A DNA stretch of 64,000 bases from Tubiluchus corallicola (lineage: Eukaryota > Animalia > Priapulida), in contig JAQGDQ010000728.1 in NCBI GenBank assembly GCA_030141605.1, positions 42,792-106,791 of the forward strand, written 5' to 3'. The position numbers were made by a program, and so were the translations under genes. The notes below the pieces were generated by a model. The model did no database searches and had not been told where the DNA came from. It saw only the letters and a program-made list of their open reading frames with translations. Of this stretch, positions 17,871-30,200 are shown in pieces (the stretch's first letter is position 1; each line of letters starts with the position of its first letter).

Positions 17871-18316
17871 TAGCTCCAGCCATTTTATCTATTTTTTTCG
17901 TTTCTTCTGCACAATGGAGGCAATCATCTCCTGACACCCTATAGCAATTGCAATAATCATAATATATAAAAGCAAGAAGTCCAAATTATAATAACTTTTT
18001 AAAATATCACTAGTCTAACAAGACGCAGGTTAGAATTTTCACTGAACAGACATGCAAATACTTTCACAACACTTTTTCTAACGTTTCAGAAATTGAATTC
18101 TGAAAGAAATACTGGTGACGGTTTATGTTTTCCTTTTGTAGACTTGTTAGTAACTTTGCCAGCAAATTGATGAGCATTTACTTAATTAGTGTAAAAAAAG
18201 ACTTATGAGGTTTAGTGAACTAAAACTGAGAGCAGGCACTATCATAATTTTACAAATATTAAAAGTTGAAAACAATTCGTCGTACAAGAAACATTTTAAT
18301 TGCAGCCAGTAAAAAG

Positions 18317-18699
18317 TAGCTAGTGAGCAATCTCTACCAGAAATCGAATTCAAATCGAATCGAATTTGTGACTTTCGAATTCGAATTGAATTTGAAGCAT
18401 TTTCGAACCCTCAGTAAAAAACATTTTACAAAGATCTTACATAGACCCTATTACTCGATTTTGCTCTGCAATAAAACCACCGATAATTAGTTTAAAAATT
18501 GCGCACAGAGGTCGCTACCAAATTGCGCCAATTGCGTGATGTTTAAAACGTTTTAATGTTCAAGAACATATGTGGTTGAAGTACTGAATTATTCGAATCT
18601 ATAATTTTAGGTTCAAAATAAAAAAAAGCTCGTTCAAATCGAAATTGAACGTTCGAATTCGATTCGAACGTGAACTCGAACGTTCGATGCTCACCTCTA
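18317..18699 (-). mobile_element. hAT-type MITE (TAGGG(A/G)TGAGCAT family, TTCGAA-rich)
   Basis: Perfect 8-bp TSD gtaaaaag on both sides; homologous to 20857, 28407 and 50849 copies. Confidence 0.85.
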
Positions 18700-19729
18700 G
18701 TAAAAAGAAGCAGGCCTAATGAAGCACAGAAGCAATTTTTAAATATTGAAATCTTCAATTTTTAAAATTTAAAACAATTATTTTCCCCGGAAATATACAA
18801 ATCATTTGCCCTAGAAGGTCAGCCCTCCGCTTCGACCGTACACCTATGCTTGGGAAACATGTAACATGTCTAGCAGGGAAGGCAATGTTATACCAAACAT
18901 AATTGCTAATTAATTATCATAGCCTTAGTGTCAGTATTATTAGTAATGATGTAACAAACCCAAGATTAAAAAAGTTTTGATACCAAAGTGGAAAGACAGA
19001 AGTGTGAAAAGACAATGACGACACAGTTCTTCTTCACTAAGCGGGCAGGTGTAAAAAGCTCGAAGTGTAAAAAAACACCAAACACAGAAAAAATCACAAC
19101 GAATATTTAAAAAAAAATTCTCGAATTAATGTGTTTACCAGTTCTAGTAATTCGTTTTCTTCTCTGATATTTCTCTTCTCTGTCTTTTCTTGCTCTTAGT
19201 TCTAACTTGCACTTTTTCTTCTTTTCCTTGCTTTTTCTACGATTTTTTATTCGTTGTTTATAGCTTTAGTTGCTGCACAGCGTGCCTGTGACAAGTGTTT
19301 GTGGTGTGTTAGCAAATTGCGTGACATGGCCATCTATTATGTGCTCAGTAGGACTGAAGGTAACAGCGTTTTTCTCTGATAATAAGTGGGTTCGGCATCT
19401 CTAGTGACACAAGCTGGGTACGCAAATATAATTAGTTTTTATATCTCGGTATTTAGGTGAAGGATAATTGTGCTAATATTTGTAATTGCCAGGATGACCT
19501 AGATCGTATACGTCGACAAATGAGTTGTATTGTTTATTGCTGCCTGCAAAACAACACTGTAAAATACAACACACGTGCTTATTGTTTCTATAGGCATTAA
19601 TAAATGAAACATTGTGCGATATGCTCATAGAACGCGTTGAAAAAACAGAACAATGAAATACAATACAATGACCAAACTGCCATTATCTTATTTCATAAAG
19701 CTCCTTCAGAACTGCACCACCATTCAAAA

Positions 19730-20425
19730 TAGGTCTTATAAGACTTCTTTTTTTTTGCTACTGTGTGAGCACAGACATAACTAAATGATTACAAGCTAGG
19801 TACTGTTATATTCAGGAGAGTCTCGGTTATCTAATCATGCTATTAGTTTAAACATTTATAAGTGGTTTAACTGGATAAAGCTTAGAAAAATGTACCCCTT
19901 TCAGGCACTCCTACTTGGACTATTGATTATCTTAATCTGGTGTACACTTGCGTGATCGTACACACTAATTTAGTGATTGCCTGCTTGCTACAGCCCAAGA
20001 GAACTGTCTGTTGTTCCAGGAAAGACCCACCGATCAGCCAAGGACAAATTAAGATCGTTTCGTCTTTTAAAAGAAATTTCTGTGTAAAAGTAGAGTACAT
20101 TTGAAGCCAAAGTGTATCAGAGTGTTGTGTCTGGACGGTTGAAATTTTCTGCGTTAACCGTTTCACACAAGTGATTGCTGTACACTGTTAAACTGCTCTT
20201 ACGAAGTTTTTTCTATTTTTTCCGTCAAAAGTCAGTTTTTAACTTGTCTAAGGTAAACAGATGCATTTCGTATATAATTTTGCACGAAAATCCATTATGT
20301 CAGGAGTAGAAACCTACAAAAATTATGAAATATAACGTAATCGTTGCTTAGTGAAAGCAGTTTTTCCATGAACACATGCAAAATGCAGCAAATGTTTACG
20401 GTCCTGAAGGAATAACACAATTCTT
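19730..20425 (+). mobile_element. Dispersed repeat; sibling copy at ~55095-56165
   Basis: Collinear similarity over ~700 bp (ctactgt..gagcacagaca..actaaatgattacaa...). Confidence 0.75.
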
Positions 20426-20427
20426 AT

Positions 20428-20838
20428 ACACGGCCGTATTACCCAGTAGGCTAGATTAAGTTGCAGCTGAGGGCCCTCAAGTTTGGTCCTAGTGTATTTC
20501 CGTTCCAAATAATTTTCAAATATAATTTTTTTAATTAGTAAAATATTTTAACATTGCTCAATAATTCATTTAAATTTAAAAAATTCAACTTTAAAAAAGG
20601 ACGCACAGGCGTCTGAAAACACAATTTTTAAAGTGCTCTTTATTTGAGATAAAGGGCGTTTTTGTTTGACGCCCCTTATTTGAAACAGGGGTCCGCCTGA
20701 AGCCCCTTGTTTGATCGCTAAAATATATCACGAGTAAAAATATTGAAGACGCGTACGGCGAGTTAGGGGAGGGTTCCGTCTGAGAGACGCTGTAAATTCA
20801 TTAGCCTATGGGGTCATCAAAAGGTGAGAGTCCGGCCC
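20428..20838 (-). mobile_element. hAT-like MITE (CAGGGCC family)
   Basis: Reverse-orientation homolog of 27880-28300. Confidence 0.55.
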
Positions 20839-20856
20839 TTCTTACATAATGGTTAA

Positions 20857-21226
20857 TAGGGGTGAGCATCGAACGTTCGAGTTCGAACATTCGAATCCAA
20901 ATCTACAGATTCGAATAATTCAGCACTTCAATCACATACATGTTCCTGATCATTAAATCGATTGAAGCATCATGCAATTAGCATAATTTAGCAGTGATTT
21001 CTGCACACAACTTTAAACAAGTTACTAGTCGTTCTATTGCAGAACAAAATCTAGTGATATGCATGATCTTTGTAAGACTAATTTTTACTGGTGGTTCGAA
21101 AATCGTTCAATCTCAATTCGAATTCGGTTCGAATTCGAAACACTGAAGTTCGGTTCGATTCGAATTCGAAAGTCACAAATTCGGTTCGATTCGTATTCGC
21201 TTTCTGGTAGAGAATGCTCACCCCTA
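20857..21226 (+). mobile_element. hAT-type MITE (TAGGGGTGAGCAT TIR)
   Basis: 13-bp TIR taggggtgagcat/atgctcaccccta; degenerate TSD atggttaa/acggttat. Confidence 0.85.
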
Positions 21227-21877
21227 ACGGTTATTACGTCTAATTTGTTTTATAGGTTGGATTAATTAGTGTTAATAATTTTTTGTGCTTATAATGTGGT
21301 TTTGCAAAATTTAATTTACTCTTGACAATAATACGTTGATATCTTTAGCTGATAAAGGCAGGTCTTGCCTTGGCTTTTCATCACGGCATCTCATGGCGAA
21401 AGCACAGAGAATCCACCTTAATGTTAATCAAAATATTTCAAAAACTTATTACTCTTATTGCAAACTGCACATGAAGTTCAAAAACGTCGGTTGGTAGATC
21501 GTTTATTGAAAACCACCATTACGTTACATTAATAAGTCTAAGTTTTCATAGTTCAAGTGATTGATGATGTTCGTGAAAAGGTCAAAGGTTAAGTGTACCA
21601 AACGACACATTTGTGTACACTTTTGACAATGCCTTGCAGCCCATGCAGTTCTTGGTGTTGTGACTTCAGTTACATATACTTCATTTTACGTGTATTGTTG
21701 CTATTTTCGGATAAGTGTTAGATTTTCGTGGTAGTTTAAAACTAACAGCATTACTCAAATAATTTAATCTTTTTTACTTAGTTGTGTGTTACTGACCTAC
21801 ATTAATCTCTATGCTATACGATAGAACCGCGTATGTGTTCAGCTTAGGAGTCTAGCAGTTTGTAATTATATCCTTAA

Positions 21878-22494
21878 CCCTTATAGGGTCACGATTTTTT
21901 ACAACCGATATTGGTAACGGGGGGGGGGGTAAAAATTAACCCCACCATAATTCGTAAATTACTTTTGATAAACCGCCGTGTTTCATTAGTAAACAGCAAC
22001 AGCATAATTTGTGGTTATGCCGACCACCATAGGATACATTATACCACTGCTTAAACACGTGACTTACTAGTAATATGAAATTTAAATTCACTTAGTTACG
22101 TTCCCTTATCTGTGCTGGAATTACTGTAGACAACCGACATTGCTAGCGCGTGTGCAAAAATCATTGTTATTTTGAATTTATTGTCTACTATTTTTTTCTT
22201 TTAGGTGGAGTAATTAATGTATAGACATTAATAATGTATAATGTATAGACAAGCGAAGTAAAGTTTCGACAATTTTAAAAAACCGACATATTGCATTTTC
22301 ACTTTTATTTCGTGGTGAGACAATGCGCCTAAAATAAATAACTCAAAGTATTTTGTGCACAAAACATATTTAGAAAAAGTCATAGAAAAGGTTTACTGGG
22401 ACACGTACGGTAAACGGTAAAAGGGTAACATGCAAAAAACCGGTCTGGGGGTAAATTTTTACCCCCCCCCCCCCGCCTCGTGACCCTATAAGGG
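21878..22494. mobile_element. piggyBac-like MITE
   Basis: TTAA on both sides, 17-bp TIR cccttatagggtcacga, subterminal inverted repeats ggggtaaaaatt. Confidence 0.9.
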
Positions 22495-23228
22495 TTAAAA
22501 CATCTATGTCAAACCTCTTTATATCATCTGCTTTAGGACTGAAAAAGTTGGCGTTAAGGCATTTTGGTGCAATAACGAAGTACATTAATAGTGTAGTGTA
22601 AGCCATAGTTAAGAACAGAGAACCATAGATAACCATTGTTCACTATTAAATAGGATTGACGTGATAGTGGTGTGATGCTGTGGACGCCTTAGCAGAAAAT
22701 GGATATACGTTTTTCTATAAATGTACAATAAATTAATCTAGTTTAAACTTTATTTAATGTGTACATCGTATACAAAAGAAATAGTATGCACCTATGCAAA
22801 AACAGCCAAAAACATGGAGCCAGAGCTGCATTATTACAAAGGGGGTGTGCACTATTAGTGCTTTCAACTAAAGCAAGATCTAACTGCAAACATTTTCCAA
22901 AGAAGACTAGAAAATATAGGGATAATTCCATGTTATTGGCAGCATATTTAAAGCACAAGAAAACGCTCTTCGTAAATAAAGGTTAAAAAATTCATCTTGA
23001 AATTTTACGTCACTTAAGTACTGTCTTACTGCATGTATACAGAACTTGTGTTGACAGTAACTCTGTAACGACTGCTAGGTGGCGCCACTTTAATAGTAAG
23101 AAGTTTGAAACAGGCTTAGACACTGCAGAAATTTTGAGAAATGTCCAGAGCATTCATAGCGTGCTCTCTGTTAACAAATAAAAGTAGAAATTACTTTGTA
23201 CTCCCAACAGGATAAATAGTAGCTTTAA

Positions 23229-23700
23229 GGTGAATCAGTGGTGCACACTGGGAAGGTGAATCAGTGGTGCACACTGGGATGGTGATGCAGTGGTGCACAC
23301 TGGGAAGGTGAATCAGTGGTGCACACTGGGATGGTGATGCAGTGGTGCACACTGGGAAGGTGATGCAGTGGTGCACACTGGGAAGGTGAATCAGTGGTGA
23401 ACACTGGGATGGTGATGCAGTGGTGCACACTGGGAAGGTGAATCAGTGGTGCACACTGGGAAGGTGAATCAGTGGTGCACACTGGGAAGGTGAATCAGTG
23501 GTGCACACTGGGAAGGTGAGTCAGTGGTGCACACTGGGATGGTGATGCAGTGGTGCACACTGGGAAGGTGAATCACTGGTGCACACTGGGATAGTTATGC
23601 AGTGGTGCACACTGGGAAAGTGAATCAGTGGTGCACACTGGGATGGTGATGCAGTGGTGCACACTGGGAAGGTGAATCAGTGGTGCACACTGGGATGGTG
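23229..23700. repeat. 26-bp minisatellite (~18 copies, two main variants) inside a TTAA-bounded element ending at 23787
   Basis: Units ggtgaatcagtggtgcacactgggaa / ggtgatgcagtggtgcacactgggat. Confidence 0.9.
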
Positions 23701-25625
23701 GTGCGGCGCCAATTTATCAGGTTACATGAACATTCTAAATTATTAAGAATATTGTTTTGCAACTACATAACTCTTTCCAGCCTTTAAGTGTAACACTAAG
23801 CAATATAACAATGTGTGGAAAATTCCTTGGGATATAATTTAAAATTCCTTTCTTTTCAGCCTTAAACACTTATAACACATTGAAGTGGCAAATTTGAAAA
23901 AGTGATAAAACAGAATTGCAGTTTATTCAAGTGTTTCAAGAGTTTATTTCCACAAACTTATCACAATGCTCACAACAACAACAAAGTGCAAAAATCAATT
24001 TACAAACACAAAAAAGTGGAAGAAATTTATGCAACTTGGAAAAAACATTTATTTGATCTCACCAATGAAATACAGACTGTAAATTTGTTAATGGAAAACC
24101 GGACGATTTTATAGACATTAGTTCAAAATAAAGTATGCTCCAAAATAATAATAACTACAACAACAAAGCTTAGATTAAATAATAATTACTTCGAATAGCT
24201 AAATTCTGTTCAACTTTTCAAAGCTACGCTCGGCTCTACCATTGCGAATCCACCAATATTGGCAATGGCACGTTTTTGTCACACTCGCGTGGCCAACAAA
24301 TAGGTGCTGTACCGTGATAAGCATGATCATGAACTGCAGTGTTGGTATGTGACGTCAGTGTGACATAGAGCTCATTTTAGTGATATCGCATCGGCGTCTT
24401 ACAGCAATCTTCGCTTACGGAAACGTTCTTGACGTGCAGGGAAGATGCCCACCATTGCACAAACCGCGGTTAGTTTGTGACGTAAGTGATAGCTGTGTTT
24501 GGTTGCTGTTAATTAACTTTCCAAGGTAATTATTCAAGTATCAGAAACAACTGCTAATTTTCACAGGCAAGAAAATATGTTGGCAGTAAATTAAAACGAG
24601 ATCGAGTCTAATCGACTGTCCGGTTTTCCTTCCATATTAACTGAAATTTGCAGATAATTAACAAACATCTAACTTCTGATCAAGACGATCGCGTATCGAT
24701 GAACTAAGTGAATTAATTAATATGTACCAGGTAATGCCATAAACTCCCAAGTGAAACTCTACAATTTCCAACCATTTTCAGGCACTTTACGAGTAGTTCA
24801 GGAGATGGAAGAGGTTGCTATAGTGAGGTATCTTGTATTGCTAAATGGCAGTTGTTCTCCAATAGCGTCAATGCGTATGTAATATTTTCATCTTTAGCCT
24901 CACTGCTCTTCCATAACTCACTAACATGTTCACACTAGAGCAGACATGGGCAGACTTCTTAACTAACCGTTTAAACGTTATTAATTGCGGTCAGTTGACC
25001 GTTTAACCGTTGCCGATGACGTCATACATGCATTCATTCATTCCTTGTACGTGGTTTTTTGTTGGTTTGTTGTTGGTTTTCCTGGTGTGTTGTTTTTTGT
25101 GTGAATCAATTTTGGCGCCAACTCCATTGTCTCTCACGCCCTGCTGACAAGGTTCTGCGCAGTGGGTGGCGGAAAAAAATTATGTGCATTAAATTTTTAG
25201 GCAATTCTGGCATCATGAAATATTTACCCAACCATGAAATGAAAACATTAGTCTAGAATTTTTAGGTCCTTTTTAGGCCAGAAAACATTATGCTGTTTCA
25301 TGTCGTTTCTAGCGTAATTTCGGGAAATAAATAATTTTTATGTGCATAAAATTTTTTAAAGCAATTCTGTGTCATGCTCGTTATAAGAATCGCTTGTTAT
25401 AAGAATCACTTTGCCTTCTCCCGAGGTGATTCTTATAACGAGAGTCCACTGTAGAGTAAGCAGTGCGGTTCAAATCTAGCATGTGCCAGAGAGAATGCCC
25501 AACCGGGCGACATCCTCGTAACACATGCGTCTGAAATTTTGTGTGCCGTATAGATGCTTCTTAGGCAACCAGACTAATCAAAACAATGTTGAAAATAGTA
25601 CAATTTTATGTAAGCAGAACATTAC

Positions 25626-26147
25626 CAGGGATGAGAACTTTCCGCGGATACGCGGAATTCCGAGTTTTTGGAAGACCAGTAGTGCCATTTTTGTAAATCG
25701 CGTAAATTCGTTGAAAAAGTTTTTACGGACCCAGTACATTATTTCACAAGCTGACCGCTAGTTGGCAGGCCGTCACTTTGTTTACATCACGTACATCAGT
25801 GTAACCACGTGTATATCTCTATGTATAAAAATATAGAATCAATTGTGTGGAGTTATTTGAGTCAATTGTAGACAGTTTTTATATACTTTTCCATAGGAGC
25901 GGCCAGTACTTAGGCATTTTTGAGACAATTAGGTATCATGTATCCTTGATAGTTGGGTATTCTAAATTATTCATGAAACAAGGTAATTGATATTTTAAGT
26001 CCACTTAGAGGCTCTCTATGGTCACAAAATTGCAATTTGATGCTGGCTCCAAGGGGGCTTTGCCCCTCAACCCCATTGGGGGCCTACGTGGCCCCAAAAA
26101 CCCCGGCCTGTTTCAGAGTTTTTTGCAATTTGTCATTCTCATCCCTG
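25626..26147. mobile_element. hAT-like MITE (CAGGGATGAGAA TIR) nested in older repeats
   Basis: cagggatgagaa ... ttctcatccctg; TSD not preserved. Confidence 0.65.
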
Positions 26148-26436
26148 TAACTGCGTATGCCAAAGATACAAGGCTTTATTAAACAGATGCGTAGAAAACT
26201 CGACTAAGTAATTGTTAAGCGGTTACACTAGCTAGCGGTCAGTTAAACGTTTAAACGGCCAACCTTCTCATTCTTAGTTGACACTGTATGTGTACAAACA
26301 ATTCTACAAGAAAGTGCAACTTTCTTACACCAAAATTGATTATAGATTAATAGATAAGTTGTATCCCATGTACCGCAAAATATAATAAATATGTAGGAGG
26401 TAGTAATAAAACAGTAATTACTTTTTGCTACACAAC

Positions 26437-27000
26437 CAGTGGCGGCTCGTAGCTAAAATTACTGGTCTGCTGCTTCAGAAAATTTTTAGCCATTGTCTTA
26501 ATACTGTGTAAAATGCAACAGACATATGTAATTTTAATGTTGTAGTTTTATTTGAAGATTGGGTGTTGAACAGCCTCTTTTCTTAACTGCAACTTTCTCA
26601 TGGAGAAAATTAAGCTGTTGTAGTTCACTTACAGTCACAGAACTTATTTCTTGGGGAAGCAAGGTGTGCATTATTAAATGATTTATATTTTAAGCACACA
26701 GGATAAGTTTACACTTTATCACATCCAAGAATATGACCATAAACGGTAAGCACGTGCTAATTGTTACTGTGATAGACATAGTACTTTTCTACCTAGCAGC
26801 AGACGCTAGCGTACAGCATGTTATCTCAGTCACATGTGCACAGCAGTCAAACACCACGCAAATTGTAATTCCCTCACGTGCTTCAGTTCTGCACAAGTAT
26901 AAAAAAGAACTAAGGAAAAAATGACTTATCATACTGAATATTATCGATAATATTGAATGAAATAGGGGGCACTGCAGTACCTGTACACGAGCCGCCACTG
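26437..27000 (+). mobile_element. Full-length hAT-type MITE, 564 bp
   Basis: TIR cagtggcggctcgt/acgagccgccactg, perfect 8-bp TSD tacacaac. Confidence 0.92.
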
Positions 27001-27156
27001 TACACAACAGTCAGAATCTCTTGAAGTAACATTAGAGCATCTTAATCAAAGACCTTAATGCAGTACTGTATCTGTATAATGATCAAATGCAAAAATTTGT
27101 TGACAATTTTCAACACACAAACACCGGAAGAACAGTAGAACTAGCCATAATGAGCG

Positions 27157-27240
27157 TTAAACAGTCAATCCTTTGCTTATGAGGAAAGCTTCTTGGTTGG
27201 GTTCACGACCCAAAAAATTCTTCAGCATGTCCATACCATC
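27157..27240 (-). CDS. THOP1: M3 peptidase exon 17 (terminal)
   Basis: [27 protein letters not shown]. Confidence 0.92.
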   Translation of the reverse strand, partial: DGMDMLKNFLGREPNQEAFLISKGLTV

Positions 27241-30200
27241 CTGAAATGTATTAAATACGTTCAACATGTTCAATTTTTCTGATAACTAAACAAGAACGGG
27301 AATTGTTGGGTAACAATTTGCTGAAAAAAGTCGGTCAAACTTTAGAAACGTGGCTCTGTTTACTAGCGATTTTTTCAAAATTTTGTCAAACAGCCTTCAG
27401 AAAAAGCGCTCTAGCGGCGCCTGGTGGGACTCTCGGAAGGAGATATATGGCTCTTTAGAAAGAGGAAGAACAGGACTACACGATGATGTGGGCTATATTT
27501 TAGAACACATCCACCAAGAGGAATGCCGACGAGTTAATTAGATGTTCTATTTTTGGCAATTTTCGCTTGGAAAACTGCTGACCGCATTCCATTGTTCTGA
27601 CGTCATCCATTATACTCTGCCTATAGCTTTAATTCAGTAAAAGCTGCTACTGGCTTTGCGTAATAAATGAGGACTATGTAGGATGTTCGCGTATTTTTGA
27701 TTATACGTGTATTTTTACGCAAAATGTTTTGTGGGGCTTTTGCTAGTAACTATCTGGCATTATAGGCTTTGCAGACATGCCATAGACTGAAGCAGCATGT
27801 CACACGTGTGATGATTTTTGTAATGTCTTAATGCAATTTGTGACATTTATTTATAACAGCCATTAATATTGCCTCAGAAGCAGGGCCAGATTATTATGAC
27901 CTTCTGCGGCCCCTAGGCTAATGAAATTAATGGCTATGGGGCCCCTGCAGATGGAGCCACCCACTAATTTGCTTTCACTCCCCATCATATATTTTACTTG
28001 TGATATATTTTAGCAACATTTGCACAGCTGGGGGTTCCAAATTTCAAAAAGGGGGCCCTATCACAAATAAAGGCCATAAACAAGGGCCCTTTGTCTCAAA
28101 TAATTGGCCTCAAACAGGGATCCTTCGTCTCAAATGAGGAGCCACTTTAAAATTGGATTTTCAGATTTCCTGGCCTCCTTTTTTTAAAGTTGAAATTTTA
28201 TTTTAAATTACATGAATTATTCAGCAATGCAAAGTATGCCCCCCTCCCAAGCTTGAGGGGTCCTAGGCTGTAGACTATACTAGTCTACAGGGTAATCCAC
28301 ACTCCACCACTTATGGTCATTAATACAAGTGCTTTTGCTGATGCATTTATGTGAATAATATCTGCAGGCATGGCGATAATTTCATACCAAATTTCCTATC
28401 AGCCACTATGGATGAGCATTCTCTATCACAAAGTGAATTCAAATTGAATTTGTGACTTTCGAACTCGAAACAAACCCGAACTTCAAGATTTCGAAATCTA
28501 ATCGAACTGGAATTCAGTGTTAAAGATTTTCGAACAAATTTTCAAATCATAAATAAAAAGTGGTCTCACAAAGATCTTGCATATTGCTGGATTTTAATCT
28601 GCAGTTAAAACACTACTTTTTTTAATAAGCATGTGCAGAAATTGCGGGCAAAATTGTGCCGACTGTATGATGTTTTAAACATTTTAATGAGAAAAATCTA
28701 TGATAGTTGAAGTGCTGAATTATTCGAAGGTTATGAAGTTTTAGATTTGAATATAGTTCGAATTAAGAAAGCGAATCGAACTCAAAAGTTCGATGTTCAC
28801 CCCAGCATCCACAGTCAATATCTATAGTTACTTACAATGGATCCTCCAGGGCAAAGGATATGCTTGCGATAAGCCATGCCAACATCTGGATTCATTATTC
28901 CATGTTTTCTAAACTGGGAGTAAAACATGTCCATGCAAAACACTTCACTATACTGAAAAAAAATGCCACAATCAAAACTAGTGGTTTTTAAGATAACAGT
29001 AAAATACTGCTGTTAGAACTACACTAAAAACTACAGTAACTCGAACACCTCAGCACCGGAAGATTTGTTCAAGATAGACCAGACGGCTTAGTCTAGTGGT
29101 AATGCGTCTGCTTTCCGTCTCTGTTATGTAGTTGTAGGTTGTTATTTACAGTCGGTGATAATAGCACTTTGAGCTAATGTTAATTGTTGACCCAAAAGCC
29201 GACTTTAAATACCGTATTTTCCCGTGTATAAGAGACCCTTTTTTGCTCAGAATTTTCACTTTAAAAATAGGGGGTCTCTTATACATGGGAGTAAGTCTTT
29301 TCAATAAGATGCATAAATTGTGACACTAATGATTTTAAAGAAATAAGTGCTCTACAACTGTTTTGCGTGTCGCGTTCGACTATGAAGCGGTTGTAAGCAA
29401 TACAAGCATCGTGACACAGGCATTATCTCCTTTCCTGTTACAGGTTTGCAGGTACGCACTTTAATATATACCAGTACTCTTTTTCTACAACACATTAACT
29501 GGTTTTATTTTGTTTTCAGTACCGCACTGAGTTGAAAAAAGTTGTACTTTACCCTCTAAAAATGTCCGTCTGAAAAAACTTTTTTCCAGAATTTTTGCCT
29601 AAAAATTGAAGGGGTCTCTTATACACAAGGGTCTCTTATACACGGGAAAATACGGTAATTATTATTGTTATTATTATTATTATTTAAGATATGCGAGGGC
29701 AGGAGTTAGTCAAAGTTCGTAAAAACAACATTGAGTCACTCATCAAAGTCGGACAATACAACGCAGCCTGTGAAAACGACAAACTGAGCCTCTAATCAAA
29801 TATCAAACAACAGTTTTTATGAATAATCAAAAATAAAATGACTGGCCCACCTCTACTGTAGTCTGAGTAGAATGGTTAATAGAATTTGTCAATAATAATA
29901 TTGTGACCTAGTTATTAAACTATGTTCATTAAGCCATGTTATATACAGCGTTCTGCTAAGGTAGTACAAAAAAAAACTCAATGAAAATTAGTACAAAGCT
30001 TATCTAATTTTCACAAAGTAACCAAACGAGATGACACTCACGAGATAACCGTAGTACTGAGCATCGTAACCACCGGCCAAATGTCCAAATGAAGCCGGCA
30101 TGTTTGTGCCTAGCGTTGCGGTAATACCAAGTATCTTTTCGCTCAGTGTCGAGTATAGAGCTGCCGTATCTACCTGCAAAATTATACAATACAGGAAGAA

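Noticed and set aside
23229-23700. CRISPR-like appearance of regularly spaced 26-bp repeats
   Set aside because: Units are head-to-tail with no unique spacers, there are no cas genes, and the context is eukaryotic
29077-29125. tRNA gene
   Set aside because: Only an A-box-like 5' half is present with no T-arm; probably a SINE head remnant
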